Shown piece after piece: positions 1 to 8,662 of a DNA stretch of 64,000 nt. The DNA is taken from assembly GCA_028714455.1 (NCBI GenBank), contig JAQTMG010000002.1, forward strand, positions 102,047 through 166,046, given 5' to 3'. Origin of the DNA: Patescibacteria group bacterium. GTDB lineage: Bacteria > Patescibacteriota > Patescibacteriia > CAIXNZ01. How positions within the stretch are numbered: position 1 is the first letter of the stretch; each line of letters begins with the position of its first letter. Under the pieces are notes generated by a model. That model did no database searches. It worked only from the letters and a program-made list of their open reading frames with translations, and had not been told where the DNA came from. The position numbers and the translations under genes were made by a program.

Positions 1-1
1 T

Positions 2-445
2 TTTGAAAAAAATATTTATTGCGCAGATTCTGGAAAATACGGAACAACTATATTTTCTGCGAAAAAAATTAATAAAGGTGAAACTGTCTTCATTATTTGC
101 GGTCCAATTATAAAACAGCCATCAATTTATACGGTTCCGATTGATTTTAATTTATATATTGATCCGATTGCGCCTGGTAAATTTCTTAACCATTCCTGCG
201 AACCTAGTTGCGGTATAAAGAATAGGACAGAAATCGTCGCCATGAGAGATCTGGGCAAGGATGAAGAGATAACAATTGATTATGCCATGATTGTTTATAA
301 ATATGATGATCTAAAATTAAAACAGAAAATAGTGTGTAATTGTGGTTCGAAAATATGTAGAGGAAAATTTGGCAGTTTTGAAACTCTGCCAGAAAATTTG
401 CGTGAAAAATATAAAGGTTTTATCTCGGATTATATGATTCAATAA
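2..445 (+). CDS. SET domain methyltransferase-like protein, 5' end outside window
   Basis: Frame 2 is open from the window edge. It contains the NHSCEPSCG SET motif and a C-terminal CNCGSKICRG Cys cluster. Confidence 0.8.
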   Translation, partial: FEKNIYCADSGKYGTTIFSAKKINKGETVFIICGPIIKQPSIYTVPIDFNLYIDPIAPGKFLNHSCEPSCGIKNRTEIVAMRDLGKDEEITIDYAMIVYKYDDLKLKQKIVCNCGSKICRGKFGSFETLPENLREKYKGFISDYMIQ

Positions 446-526
446 ATTATGGATTTTAAAAAAGGCATTTTTCAAGTTCTTTTACAAATGTTTTTAGAAG
501 GAAAGTAAAAAAAGGAGGTCTAGCAA

Positions 527-844
527 ATGGCAACAATACCAATAACAAAGGTGACCAACGAATTTCCGGATTGGGTAAAAGAAGCGCTCATCGGCTTAGA
601 ATTCCCAGTAGTAGAAGTTCCCAATGACCAGCCCTTGCGCGCGCATAATTTTTGGGGACCCCCGATAAATTCACCCCTACTGTCTGAACTATCAGAATCA
701 GTTCATTGCGTGGATGGGGGCGTATTTTTGCAGATTCTGCACGAAAAAAATACGAAAGCCGCTGACTGGCTTGGGACAAAAACCCTTATGGGGTTGGCTC
801 ATTGGGTTGGTATCACCGGGGATAAACTTTTTTTGGTAGATTAA
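527..844 (+). CDS. hypothetical protein (SD-bearing orphan)
   Basis: 105-aa ORF with AAAGGAGG 8 nt upstream of the ATG. A hairpin terminator follows. Confidence 0.55.
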   Translation: MATIPITKVTNEFPDWVKEALIGLEFPVVEVPNDQPLRAHNFWGPPINSPLLSELSESVHCVDGGVFLQILHEKNTKAADWLGTKTLMGLAHWVGITGDKLFLVD

Positions 845-855
845 GCCATTACAAA

Positions 856-890
856 AGGCGAGTTAGAATTCTTTCTACTCGCCTCTTTCT
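856..890 (+). terminator. intrinsic terminator hairpin
   Basis: AGGCGAGT (856-863) pairs with ACTCGCCT (877-884), followed by a T-rich tail. Confidence 0.6.
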
Positions 891-913
891 AAAAGCATTT
901 GTTGATAAATTAT

Positions 914-1831
914 ATGGATTTTAGAAATAACATCCCACTTTCCAAATACACAACCTTTAAAATTGGCGGGGACGCCAAGTATTTTTTTATTGCCAATAAT
1001 TCTGATGAATTAATTAAGGCGATTTCTGACGCGCAAAAAAAGAAAATAAATTACATTGTTTTGGGCGGGGGGAGTAATGTTTTGGTTTCTGATGCTGGCT
1101 TTGACGGTTTGGTTATCATCAATAAAAGTGACGCGATCAAGATTGAAAAAAACATTGTCAAAGCCGGCAGCGGGGTTTTGCTTTTTAATGTTGTCAATAA
1201 AAGCATTGAAAATAATTTGAGCGGACTGGAATGGGCAGCTGGGATTCCGGGCACCATTGGCGGGGCTGTGCGCGGTAACGCTGGCGCGTATAGGGGCCAG
1301 ATGTCAGACAGTATTATTAAAGTTGAAGTTTTAAGAGACGGAAAGATTATTTCTTTGGACAAAAAAGATTGCGGCTATGGTTATCGCCAGTCAATTTTTC
1401 AAAATAATAAAGATTTAATTTTGTCAGTTGAATTGCAGTTGCAAAAAGGGGACAGGGTTGAGAGCGAAAAAAAGATCAAAGAGATTTTGGCTGACAGAAA
1501 AAATAAACAGCCATTGGAATTTCCTTCGGCTGGCAGTGTTTTTAAAAATGTTATGATTGATGACACGATTGATTTAAGCAGGTTTATTAATTTACCCAAA
1601 GAATATTTGGAGTATAAAAAAATACCAGCCGCGTGGCTGATAGATTCATTAGATTTAAGAGGCAAAACAATCGGTGGGGCGCAGATTTCCACCAAACATG
1701 CCAATTTCATTATTAATACTGGCAAAGCCAATGCCAATGATGTAATTCAACTCATTAGTTTGGTTAAAATGAAAGTGCGCAATAAATATGAGATTGAGCT
1801 GCACGAAGAGGTTGAATACGTGGGATTTTAA
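914..1831 (+). CDS. murB: UDP-N-acetylenolpyruvoylglucosamine reductase
   Basis: N-terminus FRNNIPLSKYTTFKIGG, GGGSNVL and a C-terminal MurB-like domain. The ATG at 914 is preferred over the TTG at 899. Confidence 0.9.
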   Translation: MDFRNNIPLSKYTTFKIGGDAKYFFIANNSDELIKAISDAQKKKINYIVLGGGSNVLVSDAGFDGLVIINKSDAIKIEKNIVKAGSGVLLFNVVNKSIENNLSGLEWAAGIPGTIGGAVRGNAGAYRGQMSDSIIKVEVLRDGKIISLDKKDCGYGYRQSIFQNNKDLILSVELQLQKGDRVESEKKIKEILADRKNKQPLEFPSAGSVFKNVMIDDTIDLSRFINLPKEYLEYKKIPAAWLIDSLDLRGKTIGGAQISTKHANFIINTGKANANDVIQLISLVKMKVRNKYEIELHEEVEYVGF

Positions 1832-1925
1832 AAAAAATCGGGGATGAACTGGGCAAAAATTCATCCCCGCAGACAAGGAGGAGTGTTTCTCTATTTATTT
1901 TTTATATAGCCCGCTCCAAGAAAAA

Positions 1926-2000
1926 GGGGGGGCCAAATCGACGTGGTGGTTGGGCCGTTTCACGAGGGGAGCCCGAGGTACGCCGATTTGACCCCGTCCC
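1926..2000. other. long GC-rich imperfect hairpin, possible small RNA
   Basis: A G7 run plus CAAATCG pairs with CGATTTG plus CCCC(G)TCCC around a GC-rich apex. On the minus strand it is followed by TTTTTC. Confidence 0.3.
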
Positions 2001-2083
2001 AAAGGAGTATGATTAATTTACTACATGTGATATTTTCTGTCAAATGATTGAATTTTTTTATTTTTAGTGATAAATTATTATAT

Positions 2084-2368
2084 ATGAAACTGACAAAACA
2101 AGAAGTCGAAAAAATTGCCAAACTCTCGCGTTTGGAGTTAACAGAGGCAGAAAAAGAATTGTATGCCAATCAGCTGACAAAAGTTTTAGATTATGTGGAT
2201 AAATTAAAGGAAATTAATACTGAAAATGTGCCAATCACGGCGCAGGTGACTGGCTTGGAAAATGTTTATCGAGGGGATGAGATTGACCAATGCGATTTTC
2301 AAAAAGATCTAATAAATCAATCAACAGAACACGAGGATAATTTAATTAAGACAAAGAGTGTATTTTAA
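2084..2368 (+). CDS. gatC: Asp/Glu-tRNA amidotransferase subunit C
   Basis: MKLTKQEVEKIAKLSRLELTEAE... is a typical GatC sequence. It lies directly upstream of gatA. Confidence 0.9.
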   Translation: MKLTKQEVEKIAKLSRLELTEAEKELYANQLTKVLDYVDKLKEINTENVPITAQVTGLENVYRGDEIDQCDFQKDLINQSTEHEDNLIKTKSVF

Positions 2369-2370
2369 CC

Positions 2371-2455
2371 GCCCTTTGTCATTCCGAACCGCAGTGAGGA
2401 ATCCAGGACTTATGGATTCCACGCTACGCTCTGAATGACTATTGCGACAAAGGGC
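2371..2455. repeat. cargo-less copy of the GIY-YIG-associated hairpin element
   Basis: GCCCTTTGTCATTCCGAACCGCAGTGAGGAATCC and GGATTCCACGCTACGCTCTGAATGAC..GACAAAGGGC form an inverted repeat. The arms match those flanking the GIY-YIG gene at 59694-60099. Confidence 0.75.
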
Positions 2456-2463
2456 ATTAATTT

Positions 2464-3921
2464 ATGGAACTTAACCAACTCACAATCAGAGAAGCTCACG
2501 AAAAGCTGCAAAACGGCGAGATTTCCAGTTTAGAATTGGTCAATGCTTGCATTGAGCGCATCAAAAAGACTGACAAAAAGTTGCACTGCTTTTTAGCCAC
2601 TGATTTTGATAACGCGATTAAACAAGCCAAGGAGGTTGATAAGAAAATCAAAAAAGGCGAGAAAATAAAAATGCTGGAAGGTATTCCTTGCGGCATTAAG
2701 GATTTGATTTTAACCAAAGGCATTACCACAACTGCTTCTTCAAAAATGCTGGAACATTATGTGCCCTTGTTTGACGCCACGGTCATTAAGCGACTAAAAG
2801 ATAACGGCGCCATTATTTTAGGCAAGCAAAATTGCGATGCCTGGGGTCATGGCGGTTCAACTGAAAATTCAGATTATGGACCAACGCATAACCCCTGGGA
2901 TTTAACTAGGGTACCAGGGGGTTCTTCTGGCGGCAGCGCAGCTGCTACTGTTTCTGACCAGGTTATTTATTCATTGGGTACAGATACTGGTGGTTCAATC
3001 CGCTGTCCGGGAGCGCATTGTGGCGTGGTTGGCTTTAAGCCCACTTATGGCCGAGTACCGCGTTTTGGCGCCGTGGCCATGGGTTCTTCTTTGGACACAA
3101 TCGGACCGCTCGCCAAATGCGTTGATGATGCAGCCATTGTTTTAAACGCCATTGCCGGCCTGGACGCTAATGATGGCACAACCCTACCTAAACCAGTGCC
3201 TGACTACACTAAAATGAAAGATAAAGGCGTGAAAGGCCTGACCATTGGTTTACCCAAAGAGGCGTTTGGCAAGGGCTTGCAACCAGAAGTTAAAGCGGCA
3301 ATTGACAAAGCAGTTGAAGATTTGAAAAAGCTGGGCGCGAAATTTAAAGAGGTCTCTTTGAAATATATTGATTATGGCTTGGCTTGTTATTACATTATTA
3401 TGCCTTCAGAGGTTTCTTCAAATTTGGGAAGATATGACGGCATTAGATATGGCCATCAATCAAAGGAAGCTGATAATTTGTTTGAAGTTTATACCAAATC
3501 ACGCGCCGAGGGTTTTGGCGCCGAAGCCAAGCGCAGAATCATGATCGGCACTTATGTTTTGTCAGCCGGTTATTATGACGCTTATTATAAAAAAGCCATG
3601 CAAGTGCGCACCCTGATTAAAGAGGATTTTGAAAAAGTTTTGAGCGAAGTTGATTTGATTTTAATGCCCACCTCGCCTCGGCCTGCTTTTAAACTCGGCG
3701 AAAATACCAGTGATCCACTGACAATGTATCTGGAAGATATTTATACCGTGACTATAAACATGGCTGGCGTACCAGCTGCTTCAATTCCATGCGGTTTTGT
3801 GAATAATCTGCCAGTTGGTATGCAGCTGATTGCAAAACAATTAGGCGAAGAAAAGATTTTTCAGGCGGCTTATGCTTATGAAGCGGTTAATGGCTGGAAC
3901 AAGGTTAAACCAAAACTTTAA
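2464..3921 (+). CDS. gatA: Glu-tRNA(Gln) amidotransferase subunit A
   Basis: 485 aa with the amidase signature GGSSGGSAAA and a full-length GatA-like sequence. Confidence 0.95.
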   Translation: MELNQLTIREAHEKLQNGEISSLELVNACIERIKKTDKKLHCFLATDFDNAIKQAKEVDKKIKKGEKIKMLEGIPCGIKDLILTKGITTTASSKMLEHYVPLFDATVIKRLKDNGAIILGKQNCDAWGHGGSTENSDYGPTHNPWDLTRVPGGSSGGSAAATVSDQVIYSLGTDTGGSIRCPGAHCGVVGFKPTYGRVPRFGAVAMGSSLDTIGPLAKCVDDAAIVLNAIAGLDANDGTTLPKPVPDYTKMKDKGVKGLTIGLPKEAFGKGLQPEVKAAIDKAVEDLKKLGAKFKEVSLKYIDYGLACYYIIMPSEVSSNLGRYDGIRYGHQSKEADNLFEVYTKSRAEGFGAEAKRRIMIGTYVLSAGYYDAYYKKAMQVRTLIKEDFEKVLSEVDLILMPTSPRPAFKLGENTSDPLTMYLEDIYTVTINMAGVPAASIPCGFVNNLPVGMQLIAKQLGEEKIFQAAYAYEAVNGWNKVKPKL

Positions 3922-3938
3922 ACGAAAAAGGAGGGAAA

Positions 3939-4106
3939 ATGAAAAGGACGCTTGCTAATAGGGCAGCTGCTCTTCGACATACTGGAGATGAAGAGAAGAG
4001 GCTATCCCAAATGATTGAGGAGAATGAATACGGCAAAAGGAGAGAAAAATACCGGGAAGAAATTCAAGCTCGCAGGAGGATAATGGCGAAGCATGGCGCA
4101 AGGTAA
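3939..4106 (+). CDS. hypothetical small charged protein (55 aa, below ORF-track cutoff)
   Basis: ATG lies 4 nt after AAAGGAGGG. Translation is MKRTLANRAAALRHTGDEEKRLSQMIEENEYGKRREKYREEIQARRRIMAKHGAR. Confidence 0.45.
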   Translation: MKRTLANRAAALRHTGDEEKRLSQMIEENEYGKRREKYREEIQARRRIMAKHGAR

Positions 4107-4138
4107 AATAATCCTGACGACAAAAAAGGAGGAAAGAA

Positions 4139-4366
4139 ATGAGAGAAAAAGTAGATCGCAAGGCTAAATTAGCACCCCCAGGTTCAGAACGGGAAAAGTT
4201 TTTTGAGCGCCCTGGCCTGATATCTGTTAATCTGGGACCAGAAGGAATCGACGAGAAGACAGCGAAGAAGTTGAATCAACTCATGAAAGACATCGACGCA
4301 GGAAAAGTAAAGGAGGGTATTCCCGAAAAGGTGCTGGAAAGGGATAAAAGACTCAAGATGGTCTAG
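4139..4366 (+). CDS. hypothetical small protein
   Basis: 75-aa ORF with AAAAGGAGG upstream. A terminator follows immediately. Confidence 0.5.
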   Translation: MREKVDRKAKLAPPGSEREKFFERPGLISVNLGPEGIDEKTAKKLNQLMKDIDAGKVKEGIPEKVLERDKRLKMV

Positions 4367-4373
4367 TCGATCA

Positions 4374-4401
4374 AGAGGAAGCGCAAGCTTCCTCTTTTTT
4401 T
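4374..4401 (+). terminator. intrinsic terminator
   Basis: AGAGGAAGC-GCAA-GCTTCCTCT followed by a T7 run. Confidence 0.8.
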
Positions 4402-4404
4402 ATC

Positions 4405-4433
4405 TTGACAAAATATTCTCCTTATGATAAGTT
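4405..4433 (+). promoter_or_regulatory. sigma-70 type promoter
   Basis: TTGACA, a 17-nt spacer ending in TGA, then TAAGTT. Confidence 0.5.
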
Positions 4434-4439
4434 CTTTAA

Positions 4440-4513
4440 GTGCATATGGCCCTCCCAAGTCAGTATGCACGCTGACGCGCCGACCTGTCACCACCAGGTC
4501 GGCGCATTTTTTT
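4440..4513 (+). ncRNA. candidate small RNA (two hairpins, the second a terminator)
   Basis: GTGCATA/TATGCAC hairpin, then GCGCCGACCTG/CAGGTCGGCGC plus a T run. It starts about 7 nt after the promoter above and has no credible ORF. Confidence 0.4.
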
Positions 4514-4560
4514 ATTCTCTAAAATCGTATATTTTGCTAAAATAGAAACAGCGCGTTATT

Positions 4561-4644
4561 AGGTGATTAGTAGAGTGTGATTAGTGACTAATATCCATTC
4601 ACTCTCCACCAAACCCTCCACGCTCCACACTCAACGCTAAACCA
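4561..4644 (+). repeat. strand-asymmetric intergenic repeat, copy R1
   Basis: A C-free arm (4561-4587) is followed by a G-free run (4588-4621). It is about 80 percent similar to R4. Confidence 0.7.
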
Positions 4645-4660
4645 GCGAAAAAATATATTT

Positions 4661-6862
4661 ATGATTAAAAAAACCTATCATGTCCAGGGCATGGATTGCG
4701 CGGCTTGCGCTGTCCAGATTGAAAAAAAATTAAGTAAAATGCCTGAAATAAAAAAAGTCGTGGTTAATTTGGCCACTGGCATGCTTAATATTGAATCAGA
4801 CAATGAGATTCCTTTTGAAGTTTTGCAAAAAGCTGTCGAGGATATTGGTGCTTATAAATTGCACAAAATGGAACCTGGCGCGGCCGGACACGAACACGGC
4901 GCGATGTTGAAAGAAGCGGAAATTAAGAAATTAAGAAATAAAACGATTTTTGGCGTGATTATTTCTGTCCTGGTGATGATTCTGTCTTATTCTCAATTTA
5001 TTCCAATTCTTAATCAGATTTCAAATAATGTTATAAACCTTTTACTTTTGGTTCTGGCCGCGGCCGTGCAGATCTGGTTGGGTTGGCAGTTTTACAAAAG
5101 CACCTGGGGTAGTTTAAAAAGCTTTAACTCGAACATGGATACCTTGATTGCTCTAGGCACGACAAGCGCTTTTGTTTATTCTTTAGCAGCCGTGATTTAT
5201 TCAATAATTAGTAATCAAAATGTTGGCACCTATTTTGACACGGCTGTTGTAATCTTAACTTTAATTATTTTGGGCAAATATCTGGAAGCCAGGGCCAAGG
5301 GCAAGGCCTCTGATGCTATTAAGAATTTAATTAAACTCCAGGCCAAAATTGCGCACCTCATGGTTAATGGGGTGGAAAAAGAAATTGAGCTTGATCAAGT
5401 TAAAATTGGCGATTTAATCATCGTCAGACCCGGTGAAAAAATTCCGGTTGACGGTGAAATTGTTGAGGGCGAATCCTCGATTGACGAAAGCATGATTACT
5501 GGCGAAAGTTTGCCGGTTGATAAAAAGATTGGCGATAAAGTAATTGGTTCAACAATAAATAAATCCGGCTCTTTTACTTTTAAAGCGGAAAAAGTCGGCG
5601 CTGACACTGTTTTGGCCCAGATCATTAAATTGGTTGGCGAAGCCCAGGGCACAAAAGCGCCCATTCAAAATCTGGCTGATATAATCTCCGGCTACTTTGT
5701 GCCGATCGTTTTGTTAATTGCCCTATTTACCTTTATTATCTGGCTTATTGCTGGCCAGGCCTTTGTTTTTTCTTTGGTCATGGGAATTTCCGTTTTAATT
5801 ATTGCCTGTCCGTGCGCACTTGGGTTAGCCACACCAACCGCGATTATTGTCGGCACTGGCAAGGGCGCGCAAGAGGGGATTTTAATTAAGAATGCCGAAG
5901 GCCTGGAAAAGGCCGAGAAAATCAACGTACTTTGTTTTGATAAAACAGGCACTCTGACCGAGGGCCAGCCAGAGGTTCTAAACTTTTCAGACGAGGATAC
6001 TTTAAAGATCGCTTATTCGCTGGAGTCAAAATCAGAACATCCTTTTGCCGCCGCCATCACTAAAAAAGCGCTGGAATATAAATTTGAGCCGCAAAAAATA
6101 ATTGGGTTTAAAGCAATCACTGGCCGAGGCATTTTGGCCAGCATTGAAAATGAAAAATATTATCTTGGCAATCAGGAATTTTTAGCCGAGCAGGGGATTG
6201 AGTTGCCGGCCGAGACCAAAGCAAAAATTTTGGCAGAAGAAAATTTGGCGCGCAGCGTTTTACTTTTGGCAGATGAAAAAAAATATCTGGGTTATATTTC
6301 ACTGGCTGATCCGATTAAGGAAAATGCCAAGAGTTCGATAGACTTATTAAAATCAATGAACATCAAGCCGGTTCTGATGACAGGCGACAATTCAAAGACG
6401 GCCGAGGTCGTGGCTGGTATTTTAGGCATCAATGAGTGGTATGCCAAGATCCTGCCAGATGAAAAGCAAAAGAAAATCTTGAGTCTGCAGGCTGATGGTA
6501 ATAAAGTTGGCATGGTTGGCGACGGTATAAATGACGCGCCAGCTTTAACCCAGTCGGACCTGGGCATTGCCATGGCCACCGGCACTGACGTGGCTATTGA
6601 ATCAGCGGACTTTGTTATTTTAAAAGGCGATTTGAATAAAGTTATCAAAGCCTTGGTTCTTTCCAAAAAAACCATGTCCACGATCAGGGGTAATTTGTTC
6701 TGGGCCTTTATCTATAATATTATCGGCATTCCCATCGCCGCCGGCATTTTATTTCCGTCAACTCATCTTTTGCTTTCCCCGACCATTTCAGCCGCGGCCA
6801 TGGCTTTTAGCTCTTTGTTCGTGGTTTTAAATTCCTTATTGCTAAAACGCGCCAGGATATAA
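4661..6862 (+). CDS. copA: copper-translocating P-type ATPase
   Basis: N-terminal HMA domain [11 protein letters not shown] motif, DKTGT and GDGINDAP. Confidence 0.95.
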   Translation: MIKKTYHVQGMDCAACAVQIEKKLSKMPEIKKVVVNLATGMLNIESDNEIPFEVLQKAVEDIGAYKLHKMEPGAAGHEHGAMLKEAEIKKLRNKTIFGVIISVLVMILSYSQFIPILNQISNNVINLLLLVLAAAVQIWLGWQFYKSTWGSLKSFNSNMDTLIALGTTSAFVYSLAAVIYSIISNQNVGTYFDTAVVILTLIILGKYLEARAKGKASDAIKNLIKLQAKIAHLMVNGVEKEIELDQVKIGDLIIVRPGEKIPVDGEIVEGESSIDESMITGESLPVDKKIGDKVIGSTINKSGSFTFKAEKVGADTVLAQIIKLVGEAQGTKAPIQNLADIISGYFVPIVLLIALFTFIIWLIAGQAFVFSLVMGISVLIIACPCALGLATPTAIIVGTGKGAQEGILIKNAEGLEKAEKINVLCFDKTGTLTEGQPEVLNFSDEDTLKIAYSLESKSEHPFAAAITKKALEYKFEPQKIIGFKAITGRGILASIENEKYYLGNQEFLAEQGIELPAETKAKILAEENLARSVLLLADEKKYLGYISLADPIKENAKSSIDLLKSMNIKPVLMTGDNSKTAEVVAGILGINEWYAKILPDEKQKKILSLQADGNKVGMVGDGINDAPALTQSDLGIAMATGTDVAIESADFVILKGDLNKVIKALVLSKKTMSTIRGNLFWAFIYNIIGIPIAAGILFPSTHLLLSPTISAAAMAFSSLFVVLNSLLLKRARI

Positions 6863-6892
6863 AAAAGCCCCGCAGGCACGGGGCTTCATTTT
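6861..6892. terminator. bidirectional terminator between copA and the HD gene
   Basis: AGCCCCG/CGGGGCT stem with an A run before and a T-rich run after. Confidence 0.7.
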
Positions 6893-7483
6893 CTAACAAA
6901 GATCCAATTGGATTGGCAAAAACGCATCAATTATCTTTTTGATTTCGTAATACAGGTATTGGTCAGTTTCCTCGGCAATAGGCAGAATGTAAATTATCGT
7001 CTCCTTTATCTTACGGACCTGCTTCTCTCGGTCGCAAGAGCTTAAAGTCCGCAGATTGTGCAGGCGGTCAACCAGTTTCAGTATCCTGGTTTTATTGTTT
7101 GAGCGGCGGAGCTTTTGGAAATACTTCTGCAACGTTATGCCGTCGCTTAAATCAGTAGCGGATTTTTTAGTCAGAAATTGAACCGCCTTTTTCACCTCCT
7201 TGCCAAAAATGTGCTCAATGTCCCAGAAGTTCAAAATAAAACTGTCTTCGGGTAAATCATGCAGCAGCGCGCTGCAAAGCATTCTGGGGTCGTAGATTTT
7301 CAGCTCGTCAATCAAAATCAGAGCGCAGCTCTTGGGGTGTTCAAAGTACCTTTCGCCGCTTTCACGAGTTTGACCGCGATGGCCGTATTTCGCCAAGACG
7401 TAGGCCAGAATGACCAGATTGAGTTCGCTCGGCAATAACTTATCTTCCAGTTTTTCTATGAATTCTTCTCTGCCAATAGCCAT
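6893..7483 (-). CDS. HD-domain (p)ppGpp-hydrolase-like protein
   Basis: HRGQTRESGERYFEHP...LLHDLPEDS resembles the SpoT/RelA hydrolase HD domain. AAAGGAGG lies upstream. Confidence 0.75.
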   Translation of the reverse strand: MAIGREEFIEKLEDKLLPSELNLVILAYVLAKYGHRGQTRESGERYFEHPKSCALILIDELKIYDPRMLCSALLHDLPEDSFILNFWDIEHIFGKEVKKAVQFLTKKSATDLSDGITLQKYFQKLRRSNNKTRILKLVDRLHNLRTLSSCDREKQVRKIKETIIYILPIAEETDQYLYYEIKKIIDAFLPIQLDLC

Positions 7484-7518
7484 TTTAACCTCCTTTTTAA
7501 AAGAACCGCTGATATTGG

Positions 7519-7579
7519 AGTTTAATACTTGACAAGCTCCTTGTCAACACTTTACATGAAAATTTAAATATTGTATAAT
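7519..7579. promoter_or_regulatory. divergent promoter region with TTGACAAG-CTC-CTTGTCAA palindrome
   Basis: The palindrome at 7529-7547 supplies TTGACA on both strands. The plus strand has TTTACA-17-TATAAT (7551-7579) and the minus strand has TTGACA-17-TAAACT. Confidence 0.5.
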
Positions 7580-7617
7580 AGTGATAATTCGTTTTATTAA
7601 TAATTAATTAAGTTAAT

Positions 7618-8583
7618 ATGAACAAAAAATTTCTAATAGCTTCGCTTCTGGTACTAGTTTTGATATTGTCAGGTTGCGGCATCACAAGTCTGACCCGGGT
7701 TTTGAGCGCTGATGAAGCCAAAGCCAAGGCCGTTGATTTCATCAATAAGAATTTGGTGGCGGCAGGCACCACAGTGACCATAGATAAAGTAACTGAAGAA
7801 AGCGGACTTTACAAGCTGACAGTGACCGTGAACGGCCAGTCAGTCGATTCTTACATGACTAAAGACGGCACTAAATTTTTTACCCAGGCCATTGACATCG
7901 CCCAGGTAGAAAAAGATAACGCGCAAAATAGCGGTCAAGACACCAACACCGCCAAAGAAATACCGAAAAACGATAAGCCAGTCGTTGAACTCTTTGTCAT
8001 GAGCCAGTGTCCCTATGGCACGCAGATTGAAAAAGGCATTATACCGGTCGTTCAAGCCCTTGGTTCAAAAATAGATTTTCAAATAAAATTTGTTGATTAT
8101 GCCATGCATGGAGATGTAGAAATTAAAGAAGAAATGAACCAGGTTTGTATTGAAAAGGATTTCTCCAAAGATTATTTGACCTATCTGCAATGTTTCCTGA
8201 AGGCAGGGGACGGCGCTAGCTGTCTCAAAGAAGCCAAGATTGACACTGCTAAATTAAGTACTTGCGTCAGCGCTTTGGACAAACAATATAGCATCACGGC
8301 TAATGCCGCTGACAAGACAAAGTGGTCCAACGGCACTTATCCTCCCTTTGATGTTAATAAGGCAGATAACGTGAAGTATGGCGTTCAGGGCTCACCCACA
8401 CTGATAATCAACGGTGTTGAATCACAGAGTGCCAGAGATTCAGCCAGTTTATTGAGTGCGATCTGCTCGGGATTTAATACGGCTCCCAGCGGATGCAGCA
8501 CTAAGCTCTCCTCTGACACGCCGGCCGCGGGCTTTGGCACTGGCACTTCTGATACCGCCTCTTCCGCAAGTTGTGGAAATTAA
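7618..8583 (+). CDS. lipoprotein with thioredoxin/DsbA-like domain
   Basis: Signal peptide with an LSGC lipobox, an MSQCPYG redox-like motif and GSPTLIINGV. Confidence 0.65.
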   Translation: MNKKFLIASLLVLVLILSGCGITSLTRVLSADEAKAKAVDFINKNLVAAGTTVTIDKVTEESGLYKLTVTVNGQSVDSYMTKDGTKFFTQAIDIAQVEKDNAQNSGQDTNTAKEIPKNDKPVVELFVMSQCPYGTQIEKGIIPVVQALGSKIDFQIKFVDYAMHGDVEIKEEMNQVCIEKDFSKDYLTYLQCFLKAGDGASCLKEAKIDTAKLSTCVSALDKQYSITANAADKTKWSNGTYPPFDVNKADNVKYGVQGSPTLIINGVESQSARDSASLLSAICSGFNTAPSGCSTKLSSDTPAAGFGTGTSDTASSASCGN

Positions 8584-8662
8584 AAAAAATCAAATAAATA
8601 AAAAGGGCTTAGACGCCCTTTTTATGTTTGACCAAAGTGTTGAAAAAATATAAAATTAATCT

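Noticed and set aside
1926-2000. Calling the long GC hairpin a 4.5S/SRP RNA
   Set aside because: The size and the G-run/C-run ends are reminiscent of 4.5S RNA. However, the conserved apical GNAR tetraloop with a flanking AGCA/GGAA internal loop could not be placed on either strand.
3922-4400. Absence of gatB after gatCA as an anomaly
   Set aside because: gatB is often encoded elsewhere in bacterial genomes. Nothing in this window shows it is missing from the organism.
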